From assembly GCF_018977255.1 (NCBI RefSeq), contig NW_024704742.1, positions 33,792,001 through 33,856,000 of the forward strand: 64,000 nt of DNA, written 5' to 3'. Positions 23,692 through 35,550 of the stretch are shown in pieces. This DNA is from Callorhinchus milii (lineage: Eukaryota). A program made the position numbers and the translations under genes. Every line of letters starts with the position of its first letter. Within the stretch, counting starts at the first letter, position 1. Under the pieces are notes generated by a model. That model was given only the letters and a program-made list of their open reading frames with translations. It ran no database searches and had not been told where the DNA came from.

Positions 23692-24149
23692 TATTGGAAT
23701 GTATCCAAAGGAATAAGAATACAAAGAATTACTGCACTCGGCCCAACTAATCCATGCCAGTGTTTATACTCCACACGAGTCTCCAGGATTTGTGGCCAGT
23801 TCAGTAGAGTATGCTTCGTTTTAGAAACTGATCTTTTCCCCTCTCCTCCACCACCCTTCAGACTTATCTAGATTATAGGGCTTTCGTTCCTCTTAACTAA
23901 TGCCTTTGCACTTCTCAAAAGCAAACATAGCTGAAAAAGCATACAATTACTAGAACTTTGATCACTAACAGTGCCACAGAACCTTTATGAACCAAGGGAA
24001 ATGAGTCAATGACACCAATATAACATCTCATTGCCTCGTCTGAAGCAATGAAACTATAAATGACACCACCAAATTTGCTTTCTTGTATCTTACTGGAATA
24101 CAACAGCTGGTGGAGATGGGTAGCTGCAAACTGTAAATGACTTACAAAG

Positions 24150-25040
24150 TATTGACAAAGAATGTACACTATGGAAACAGGCCACTCGGCCCAACCAGTC
24201 CATACGTGTTTATTCTGCAAATGCACCCTACCCAGTCCTTTAATCGTTTCCACATCTTCTATTCCTCTTTCTCGTTAAGGCCAAGCTTCCTCTTGAATGC
24301 ATCTATAACTCTGATGCAACCATCACTTCAGGCAGTGAGTTCCATAATCTCCACAACTGCCCTTTGTGTGAAGTAATTCCTCCTAAATTCTTTTTTGATC
24401 CCCTAGTTGCTATCTTATATTTGTGTACCCTGGTTACGGACTCCACAGCCAGTGGAAACAGCCTATTTATGTCAACCTTATTGCCCCCATTTTTTTTATA
24501 ATTTTAAACACTTCTATTAGGTGCCCTTTAAATGTCTTTAGAGAAAAAAGATCTAACCTATCTCAATTTATCCTGATAGCAGTAACCAGCAAGCCCTGGT
24601 ATTATCCTTGTAATCCTACACTGTACTCTTTCCATCACTGCTATATCCTTTCTATAGTGCGTGGACCAGAATTAGACACAATACTCCAAATGTGATCTAA
24701 CAAAGATTTTATATAAATTCAACATCTCCTCATTCTATCTCTGGTTATAAAGCCCAATACCCTCTCAGCCTTTTATTCATAGCCTTATCTACCTGTGTAG
24801 CTACTTTTAGAGATTTGTCTATCTGAATCCCCGCATCTCTTTGCTCCTCCTCGCCTCTTAGGTTTCTACCATCTCTCGACTACAGATGGCTTCTTTATTT
24901 TTCCTGCAGAAGTGAATTACTTAGCACTTTCCTATTAAACTTCATTTACCATCTATATGCCATTCTGCTAGCCTGTTTATATCTTCTCACATTCTTCTGC
25001 AATTCCCTTTACTGTTTACCATGTCCCATAGTTTAAAATG
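24150..25040 (-). mobile_element. CR1 LINE fragment
   Basis: Reverse CR1 3' UTR (ggccactcggcccaaccagtcc) and degraded ORF2 end. Confidence 0.8.
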
Positions 25041-25859
25041 CATAAAAAACTAATTTAAGAGGAAGGTGATGGTGGAACTTCTAAAATGTTTTATTCCATC
25101 ACACTATTAATAGTATCTGTAGACAAAATGACACATCTCTTCTTGGCAGACAGGACCTTCCTCATACGCTTTACTGAAAATCTTTTGAAATGTTTTGCTC
25201 AAGGTCAGATGCATAACTTTTCAAAAGGACATTTGTTTTCTAAACATTCAAGGATTTAGTTTGAGTTACTTTGGACTGCAATGAATGCTGTTAGTTACAA
25301 ATGTTCAGGGTATCAGAATGGATGAGATCAAATGGTCTGAAGAATCTTATTCATCTTGTACCTCTCACATATGGAAAGATGCCTCTCGAGGCAGTGTGGT
25401 GGCCAACATTTATGGTTTCTAACAAAATAAATTTTCTTAATTGAATATTTCTTAATTTAGGCCATAAATCAAGAAATATCTAATTAAGAAATAATCTGAA
25501 AATGCATTAATGATCAAACATGGATTTATCTAGACTTGTGCCACTTTCAGCCTGCAGACCACAGGTGGCCTCCACTGATCGATACCTCTCTTGTTGATTC
25601 TCTAGTGAAAATACATGCTAATGTACATTATTAAACCACTATCACACATGAATCTCTCTCCAACCAGCAAAAAATCTTGATTTTGTATTGTGCTGTAATG
25701 CGATTTGATTTGGAGCATATCAAACACGATTCATTTCACAGTTGTTAGAAAACATGACTTGTAATGCATATCCACAGCATCTATTCTCCTTTTTATAACT
25801 GGTTACAATCTACATTGGGCCTTGAAAGAAATCTGATAACATTTTAGTCACTGACTCTC

Positions 25860-26300
25860 ATTCATGCTTTCATTATCTGACTATTTCCAACACTCTAGTT
25901 GACAGACTCCCTAATTCCTCCATACTCATGCTGCAGACTATCCAGAACTCAATATCCTCTCCTGCACCAGGCTCTGTGACCATATCATCTCTATGCTTGC
26001 TCAGCTCCGCTGGCTCCCCATTCTCTAGCAGATCAAATTCAAGATCTTCATGCTTATGTTCAAATCTCTCCACAGCCTCACTCCACCCTACCTCCTGCAA
26101 CTTCCTGCAACTCGACTGACCTGGCCGCTCCCTTTGATCATGTTCCTCATGCTATGGATCCCAACATCGATGGGTGAGCTTTCAGCCATTCTGCCCCCGC
26201 TCTCTGAAACTCCATTCCAGAAACCCTGCAACTTGCTCCCTCCCTTCCCAATTTCAAAGCTTGCCTCAAAACCTACCTCTTTAACTTTACCTCTTTTAGT
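25860..26300 (+). mobile_element. L2 LINE fragment
   Basis: Similar to 13100-13580. Confidence 0.75.
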
Positions 26301-27299
26301 CATCTTTTCCTGTATCTCAATACCTGTCCAGAGCGCATTGACTAAAAGGAAGTACGTTACCAATAATGGCATGAGCAACTAGGGTTCAGTAGCACAGAAT
26401 ATTACGAACATTTCCTTTGTGCCTTGAATGATTTAAATTAACAAGCAGAAAAACATGAATACAGTTAAGCATGGTGAAGAATGAAACCACAGGTTACCCA
26501 CCATCTGCAGTTTCAGCACAGAAAATTAACAGTACTTTGATAATAGCCACATTTCTGCAATTAAGACTGCACCTATGAGTCATGTTTTCCAATAACTGTG
26601 AGCATGAGTGGTGCTTGGTATGCACCAATTTAAACCACATTGAAGCACAATAAACGTTAATGATTTACGATATATCAATGCAGGTATCTATCTTCATTTA
26701 AAGGAGTATTTAAATATTTTACTTCTAGTTTGGACAGCATATTATAACTGTATTGTGTATTCTGTGCTGAAGGGATTATTATGTACAAAGTACTGTGCTG
26801 TTTTAGTTGATTGATTTCCTAGGCATTTTGATTAACTTGACCTAAACATAATTTACACACAATTTACTGAAACAAATATTTTTTACATACTGAGCATTGC
26901 ATCTCCTTTTTATAACTTGTTGCAATCAATTAATCAGTCAATAAATGTAATGTTTAGTAATGCAGTTGTTTCCGACCTTGTGTATTGTCTTTGTTTTTTC
27001 TGTTATCTTAGTATGCAGAGTTTTGTTCAAAATGAAAATGTGCTAAAGGATTTGTAGCCAAATTAAAAATATGCTTCCTTTTTGATATTTCTCAACATAA
27101 CGCTTGCGAAACATTTTCATCACTAACATTTGTGGAACTTACTGAAGGAAGCTATGAGTGAAACAGGAAGCGTCAATGTGTTTGAGAGGGAGTTATTTGG
27201 AGAGGGGAGTAGCAGGTGCATAAATCCTACTATGAACTAGTTGAACTGAATGACCTCTTACCATGCATTAATAGTGTATGCGCAGTGGAGTCCTGTAGT

Positions 27300-27630
27300 G
27301 TAGTGGTGTGAGACAGTGGCAGAGCCGGGCGATACTGCTGAGGTGAGGGAAGGCAGAGTGGGTAATGGCACGGATGTTGTGTAGAAAAGAAAGTTGAGGG
27401 TCAAACAAGATGCCAAGGTTCTGGACTGGCTTAGTAAGGTGGAGTATGCAACTATGGATGGCGATGCTGTCAGCGCCTGAGGAACGCTGCATGTGATGGT
27501 GTGGGGGCTAGAGGAGAAACCGTTTGTGGTGATGAAGTGGAGGCGGTGTGAGAGGTATGATCTGAACCCGTTAAAGCAGAGCCGTGAAGGTTGCGGTGAG
27601 AGGAGAGGCGGTGGATGAGGAAGTGTGGTC
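27300..27630 (-). mobile_element. L2 RT fragment (downstream half of split element)
   Basis: FRSYLSHRLHF...SSPHTITCSVPQ and VQNLGILFDPQLSF, both L2 RT-like. Confidence 0.75.
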
Positions 27631-27631
27631 A

Positions 27632-28675
27632 TAACATAACATGTAGGAGCAGGAGTAGGCCATTCGGCCCTTCGAGCCTGCCCCGCCATTCAATCATGGC
27701 TGATCTTCTAATCTAACTCCAGCTAATAACCTAACCCTGCCTTATCCCCATATTCCTTAATACCAATAAGAAATCTATCTATCTCAGTCTTGAATATGTT
27801 CAAGGACTGAGCGTCAACAGCCCTTTGGGGTAGTGAGTTCCATACATTCACCACCCTTTGAGTGAAGAAGTTCTTCCTCAACTCAGTGCGAAACGGCTGA
27901 CCTCTGATTTTAAGGTTGTGACCCCTGGCTTTAGTTTCTCCAACCAGGGAAACAATCTCCCACTATCTACCCTATCGTGCCCTTTGATGATCTTACAGGT
28001 TTCTATCAGCCTATCTTCGTAACTCATCCCTGGTACTAACCTAGTAAATCTACGCTGCACCCCCTCCAAGGCAAGTACATCCTTCCTTAAATAAGGAGAT
28101 CAAAACTGCACACAGTATTCCAGATGTGGTCTCACCAGGGCCGTGTACAGTTGCAGCAAGATGTCCCTACTCTTATACTCTAATCCTTTCATAATGAATG
28201 CTAACATACCGTTCGCCTTCCTAATTGCTGCTGCACCTGCAGACTAACTTTCTGTGATTGGTGTACAAGGACACCCGAGTCCCTCTGGACGCTAACACAT
28301 TCCAATCTCTCCCCTTCTAAAAAATAACCCGCTCTATTGTTTTTGCTACCTAGGTGGATGACTTTGCACTTCCCTACATTATACTTCATCTGCCACCTAC
28401 CTGCCCAATCACCTAACCTATCTATGTCTCGCTGCATTTTTTTAATGTCATCCTCTGTGTTGACACTTCCTCCTAGTTTTGTGTCATCCACGAATTTAGA
28501 TACGTTAACTTTGATGTCCACATCTAGATCGTTGATGTAGATAGTGAATAGCTGAGGCCCAACGACTGATCCTTGTGGCACTCCACTACTCACATCCCGC
28601 CAATCTGAAAAGGACCCGTTTATCCCTACACTTTGTTTCCTACCTGTTTAACCATTCCCCATTTCAGGTTAATAT
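27632..28675 (-). mobile_element. CR1 LINE 3' kb inserted into L2
   Basis: SGVPQGSVVGPQLFTIYINDLD...KFVDDTKLGG (RT motifs), EGVQRRFTRLVPG, CR1 3' UTR ggccattcggcccttcgagcc. Confidence 0.93.
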
Positions 28676-28679
28676 GCTC

Positions 28680-28930
28680 CCCCCAACGGGTCAACGGGGT
28701 CAAAGGCAGCAGAGAGGTCAAGGAGGACGAGGAGGCAGAGGGAGCCCTGGTTGCAAATGGACAGAATGTCATTTGTCACTTTGACAGGGCTGATTCTGTG
28801 CTGTGGGCGGCACGGAAACCCGATCGGAGGAGTTCGTGAAGGGAGTGGCGGGAGAGGAAGGAACGAAGCTGGGAAGCAACAACTCGTTACAAGACCTTGG
28901 AGAGGAAAGGGAGGTTGGAGATGGGGCTCA
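28680..28930 (-). mobile_element. L2 RT fragment (upstream half of split element)
   Basis: VKVTNDIL...LLVLLDLSAAFDPVD, an L2 RT motif. Confidence 0.85.
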
Positions 28931-29595
28931 ATCAATCTTGTAATCAATCTTGTAATCTACAATGATCTACAATTCAAATTGTAATCTTGCGGTCATTGCA
29001 ACTACCTTACTAAACAGAAAAATGTTATAAAATAAACTTGATGATAAATGTTGTGAACTTATGATCTATTCATTTCAAGATCCTGATCCCTTTCTTTACT
29101 GCCGTCACACTGTGCTGATGATTTCAGCACCAATCCACTAGTAACTGCAAATCACTCTCCTGTGTTGTGTCCTGTTGATGATATAGTTTGTATTCTCAGG
29201 CTGATTCTCTTTCTCTAATCTCTTCACTCTTTATATGGATGTTCGTCTACAAAATGCGCAGTCACTTCATATTACAGTATATTCCTGTGAAGCGCTTTGA
29301 CGTTGTCCTGATGTGAAAGGGGCTATATCAAATGCAATGATTATTATTATTTGTTCACATTAAATAGTGTTTATATTTGTCAGACCAAGTTCATAAACTA
29401 TTGAAATCACTCTGTGATTGATTATTCATAATTTTCGGGACCCCTAATTAATGAAATATTCTAGAAGATACGACTGGTGATATTTACTATAAATTAAGGG
29501 AAATATTACCCAAAGCTTTTGCCTAGTGACCAACAATAACAACTTGCGTTTTTTAGCACCCCTCATGCAAGGTAGCTTCCCAGAGTTCTTGGGAA

Positions 29596-29900
29596 ATAAT
29601 CCTTGCATTTGATATAGCACCCTATCAGGTTGCCGAAATATCTCAAAGTGCTTCACAGAATATATTGTAAAGTGAATGGACTGTATATTTTGTGGGTAAA
29701 ATGCGGCAGCCAATTGCGCACAGCAGTGTTCCACAAAGAGTTGTGGATTGAATAACCAAATTATTATTATTTTTTTTTGATGGGAATATTACTTCTGGAA
29801 AGCGATCTGCCAATCAACTAACAATTGGGTTCTTACTTACTGCTTGGTAAACTGAGACATGTGAAGTAAGGAAACTTGCCTAAGGTTTCTCCGTGCCTAA
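29596..29900 (-). mobile_element. Older long-form tRNA SINE
   Basis: Reverse copy with the extra central segment. Confidence 0.8.
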
Positions 29901-30494
29901 GAATTCCTGCTAAAGTTCAGGATGAATGATTAACCTAGACATGACTTGGCAACCCTCTTGCTATACTTATTTTATTAGCTGAAAGGAATAATCCTTAGGG
30001 GAAAACTAACATCTGCTGTTGAGCAACACTTCCGTAACAACTCTTACCGATACCTGGCTTTATTACATGATACAGGTACAAAGAGTGTGTTATAAATACT
30101 GTTCCTTGTGATCACATCAAACTGTAAGAGCAAAATTCAAGCTTTGTTAATTTCAACTAACCCAAAGGTCACCTTATACAAAGTCCATCAGTCACCATTG
30201 TTTTCTCTCCCCGGTATCTGACAACCCCCGGATAAAATTCCTTGCTTGCTTCACAGCTATTTGCAGGGATAATTTCAAACTTCATGCAATGGAATGAGTT
30301 TCTTTAAATGGGGAATAAAACAACTACAGTTATGACTTTCAGCACTTACTTTCACTCTGATTCATTTAGAGAGACAGTCATTAAACTAAATTACCCTTCC
30401 TTTAAAAGACAGCAAAGCCAATGCAATCCAACAATGCAGCAATTCCCAGAACTGCAGGGGTCAGTCTATCTGACTCTATTCACATTTGAGATGT

Positions 30495-30755
30495 TTAAAC
30501 CGAGATCCCTGGTTCAGGTGGACGTTAAAGATTCCATGGTACTTTTGGAAAAGAAAAGGGAGTTTCTCATAGTGTCCTGGCCAACAATGCTCCAAATAAG
30601 ATTGTTTCACAGCTGTTTGTGGGATATTGCTGTGCCCAATTGTGTTGCTGCGTTTGCTGACAAATAGTCACTCAATTCTGCAGTAAATCCTGTGAATCGC
30701 TTTGAGACGTCCTTTGGACATAATAAGTCGTTATACCAAATGCAAGGATTATTAC
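30495..30755 (+). mobile_element. Deu-domain-like SINE, 3' half
   Basis: ttcaggtggacgttaaagattccatgg through tail. Confidence 0.75.
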
Positions 30756-32879
30756 TAGATTAGTAACTAATTTACTGTTGCAATAAAAAAGGCCAGATTG
30801 TATGTAATTCCAACTCAGCCGGAGTAATGTAGAATGGGCGCTGTCGGGAGTTTAAAATAAGAATCAAGACATTCAGTTCTGGTAACTCAGGATGCAAATG
30901 ACCTTCTTGCAATGTGATGATATCTTGGCCAGTAACCACAGAGAAAGAGTAAAAAAACAAATTGAATTGCAGCATTTATGCCATGGTTGCTGCCAGATGT
31001 ATTTTAAAAATGCCACAGGAAGCAACTCTGCTTGAACAGTTTTGAAAAGTCAACCAAAGCGCACAAAGTATCTATCTATACTAATAAAATGACAATATCT
31101 GTCTGTCTGCATGCGCTTCAAGAAGGATCTCAATAACCGATTGATGTAGAGACATGATTTATACCTCATCGGAAAGGTCTTGCACCTGGGAATGACATGA
31201 ACATTTTGTTTTCAGGTATCGCATATCATTCATGAGTTATGACCTAAAATGTAACAGTGCACCAAAATGAGTTGCCCACTCAGAAAACAACATGGCCAAA
31301 ATGAGTCCTCCCACAGGAGTCCTCGCAGCTGAATATAAGTGTGTGTCTGTCTGTGTGCCGATCGACATTCCATATTGGAGCCTTTGGTTGCCATCAAAGC
31401 AGCAATGGGTACAGCTGGTTTTTAATAAGCAGAAAGAGGAACTGCAACTCGGACCAAACAAAGATGTTGATCCTTTCTCGGAAAAAAATATACTTCATTG
31501 GTTTTATTTCCTTCCACTCTTTTTGGAAATAACTGACTCAGCATGAGGTAGTTGGTTGACCTCTGGTAACTTATTCAAGTGGAATTCATGCAAGTTCAGA
31601 CAGGAGTATCAGGAGGCTTATGTGAACATGGAGTGGTGGGACAATCAAAGCCAATGCAATCCTATCCTCGCACAATACCCATATGTGCACTTCACAACAA
31701 CTGTCATAAGGCTGATTCCCCATCTGTCCTCATAGCCCAGGGGCTACGAAGGCCAATTTTGCACCACAACTGACGTCAGTTTAGTTCCACACTCATTTGA
31801 ATGTTATTAATTTTCTACAAGGAAACTGTTCGCTCCCAAATAGTCACTAAACTTTACAGTAAATTTTGCAAAGCACTTTGAGACATTCACAACGACATAG
31901 GGTGCTATATCAAGCGCAACGATTATTATTATAGTACAGTATAACTTGTAAAATGATGCATATATTATTCTACTAGCATTCTCAACTGGAATCATAGCCC
32001 CCAAAAGCCAGAAAAATACCATTTTATTTTTAAGGATAAACAAATCATTAATAAGCTTCAAAAAACATTGCTCTGCCAATCTGCAAGGATGCCAATCTGC
32101 AACATCCTTTGTAACTCAAGCTTTTCCCCTTTTTATATACTTTATCGTGTTCATTAGCCAACAGTGTGACAAGTGACCATCGTTTGCAACATTTAAAGGG
32201 CTTCCTTGATACCTTCCAGCGTTCATCATTCAACAACAACAACTTGCACTTATATAGTGGCCTCCACACAGGATAGCGTCTCAGAGCTCTTAACAGTGGC
32301 GAAGCCTGACATTCATCCCGTTAATGTTATCTGGCAAAGGATTCTCCTGCAGGGAGGCAGATGCAGTTGGGTTGTGTGTTCAAGCCCCACATTGGCACTT
32401 GAACTCACATAGTCTAAATTGACACTCCAATGCAGTGCTGGGAGGGTTTAACATTTTCAATCCCATTTAAATATTACACACCTCTATAAGGTCACTCTCT
32501 GATAAGTCTTTCAAGATGGTTTAACGTCTCATCCAAAGGAGGTGCTGTCCTTTGGATGAGACGATAAACCATCTTGAAAGGAGACATATGTAAATCCATA
32601 CTTTAGAATGAACAAATGCAGAATGAGAGAACATAGATATACAGTTACAAAAGGAAATCTCAGACCAGACACCAGGAAGTTTATTTTGCCGAGTGTAATT
32701 AACAGATTTCCAGGAAGGGTGGTTGAGCCTATGGTATGAGACTTACTTAAAAAACACACATCTTGATGTTATGATGGGAGCCAGTAAGGTGGGTATTATG
32801 TATGGATGAGATCAAATGGACCCCTCGCATAAAGGAACCTTCTTCATCCAAACTGATCTTGTTACCACTTCACCAATGA

Positions 32880-33600
32880 ACTCAGTGTTGCCCTGCACTC
32901 CAATGTGCAGTTGGAGGTGCCGTCCTATGGTTGACTTTAAACCAATATTCTGTCTGCCTGTTTAGGTGGACATTAAAGGTCCCAATGGACTACAGCAAAT
33001 CCCTGGGTTACTGGACTCCAGGTATCCAGAATTTGTACCCAGCCGGACTGGGTTTGGAATGCAATTTTTTAAAAAAAACATTTCCGCAAGCCGCATGTAG
33101 ACTCCCGCCTACCCACTCTCCAAATCACCCGGCCCCCACCTCACCATTCTTGTTGGCATTTAGTGGTCTGAGCTATTGACAGACTCAGTTTGAATCCCGC
33201 GAGCAGAAGAGAGCTTATTCGCCATCTTCTTCTCACGAGATTCAAACGATTACAATTACGGCATTTAGCAGCATTTTTTGGCACTGAAAAAAGCCAGTAC
33301 TGGCATTGTAATTACACTGAGCTGGAAATCCTGGCTCAGCTGGACCATTAGTCTGGCCAGCCAGGGGTTTAATGTATTCAAAAACGGAAGCGAGTTTCTA
33401 CTAGTGTCCTGGCCAACAATCTCCAAATTAAGAAATTATCATTTACTTAATTGTTTTTTGCAAGAGATAGATGTGTACAAATCGGCTGCTGTGTTCACCT
33501 GTGAATATAGTCAATACACTCAACAGTAATTGCAGTAAAGTGCTTTGAGGTGTTTTGACATTATAGGCACTATATCAAACACAAGGATGATTATTATTTT
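32880..33600 (+). mobile_element. Deu-domain-like SINE interrupted by a MITE
   Basis: SINE sequence stops at the TA at 32991 and resumes after the TA at 33375. Confidence 0.7.
32993..33374. mobile_element. Tc1/mariner-type MITE
   Basis: TA|CAGCAAATCCCTGG...CCAGGGGTTTAATG|TA imperfect TIRs; it interrupts a SINE exactly at a TA. Confidence 0.75.
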
Positions 33601-34088
33601 AGTAGTACCATTATAGAATGTGGACTCACGTGATCGGATCTGGACTGGATTTGAACCTACATCCCATGTCACTAATCATGCACTACGCACTCCTCACAAA
33701 CCAAATTAGAAACCCAAAACCTATAAATTCAATGTTCTCAGTGGGCAAGATTATCCGTTACCAGTTTAGTCAAGCAGCTGGATGAAGTACTTCACAGAAT
33801 TGCCAAATGATTGCCATCTTCACCCTGTCCTGCCTCCAAGAAATTGTGAAAAATGAACAGAAAAACAGAAAGTGATGCAATTACATATTCCATGGTCCAT
33901 CAACCCAACCATTTACTTGTCCTGATGGAATACTTTTAATTTTTTTTAAAAAAAGTAACAAAACGCATTTGGATGGAAAATGAGTTTCCATACTCAACTA
34001 AGAATGATTCACAACTTAACAGAAACAAGGATTCATTCATGATATGCAAATTAAAAAAACAAATTCAATTTCAAAAGGCTTCATGATA

Positions 34089-34663
34089 TAGTGGAAGCCG
34101 CTTAAGCCGGACACTGGTTAACAACAACAACTTGCACTTATCTTGTGCCCTCCACGCAGGTTAGCATCTCAGAGCGCTTAAACGTAGTTTAGATTGGTTA
34201 GCCCTTGGCGTTGGATAAACCGGACGCAACGCCCAGCCCTAATTATTTGTATTTTCAGATGCTTTAAATGTGCTGGTTAATCAGGATAAGATATCATGCC
34301 GGTCGGCCGGTCACTGTTGCGCCTACTCACTCGTGCTTTCTGTGTCTCGAGTAGCTTCGGGATGGGAATGGGAGGAGACTGATTGCAATTAATTGACAGT
34401 GTACTCCAGCCATTCACAAGCAGCTCTGGGCTGTCAATCAATGAGGGGGGCGGAGGAACAGAAAAGTAACAATGGAGAAGGGGAGGAGTCAAATTGCAAT
34501 GGACACCCTGGAGCCACTTGCGATTGGGTGGAGAGCCCATCCATTCACAAGCAGCTCCAGGCTGTCAATCACCTCAGAGCCACTGCTAATTGGTCCCTTT
34601 CCCATCCAATCAGAACAGCAATGGGCGGGACATTGAGTTGTCCCTCTTAAGCAGCTTCCACTG
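34089..34663. mobile_element. Tigger-like MITE
   Basis: TA|TAGTGGAAGCCGCTTAAG...CTTAAGCAGCTTCCACTG|TA; internal 31-bp direct repeat (34410, 34541) and a nested L2 tail (34121-34180). Confidence 0.82.
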
Positions 34664-35287
34664 TATTTATAAATTAATGCAAGAAATCAAACTTGATCAA
34701 TGGGCCAAGTTACCAATCTAGTGTGCTAACCTATAATACCAGACCTACAACCAGAATAGCAACGACCCACGTGAAAATAAATTCTTACACAACAACCATC
34801 AGGGATCTAGAAACTTTTAACCATTTATAGCATATTTTTTCCCCAATCACGTCACAGCCTTCTTTAGTTCACACCCAGAGTAGCGGGTTTTAAAAAAAAC
34901 ATTCATAAGTTTGAAGTTTACAAGAATTGCACTTATCAGAAATTGCGGGGTCTAATTTGTGGTATTTCGTAGCAGATTTCTTAATAAAGAAAGGGCATTC
35001 ACTGAATTTTTAAACACATGAAATGTGCTGAAGAATACATTTTTCAGTATTTTTTTAAAGAAATTTGATAATTACACATTTCTACATAATAATCTGTTAA
35101 GAAATATAGCAAATTAGATCCATAAGTGTGCTAACGTGATACAAATCAACCGCATTCTTTAGTGGCCTATACACAGAGTCATACACCCACTTTAAAATGT
35201 AAAAAGTCCCACGTAGATGGAAATACATTCTTGCAACATTTCAAAAGTTTGGTCTCAATCAATCCACGTCGTCCACGAACAGCACTA

Positions 35288-35550
35288 TCAACCCTGCTGG
35301 TCACTCTCTGAAGTAGTCACATCGCTAGGAGAGAGTTCTAGAACCGGGTTCACAAAACCTGCATATTCGGAATTCCCATTATCATCCAACTCGGCGCTGA
35401 CAAAATCATTTTCCCATTCCAATCCTGTGGACTCATCTGAAGCAGACATGGGGTTGCTCCCAGGCCTACGGCTGCTGTGTCTCAAGGCTGCTTGCAGAAT
35501 GTCTTCCTCTGTTTTTGAGCGTTCTCTCATTGGAATCAGTCTGTTAATTC
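35288..35550 (-). CDS. AP1AR: AP1AR last coding exon
   Basis: ttctgattcaag|ga...TGA; INRLIPMRERSKTEEDILQAAL...GLEWENDFVSAELDDNGNSEYAGFVNPVLELS..., containing the WENDF motif. Confidence 0.96.

Noticed and set aside
26600..27090. AT-rich stretch with AATAAA as a distal TIFA 3' end
   Set aside because: Several AATAAA candidates exist (for example near 23469 and 26940) and the sequence alone cannot discriminate between them.
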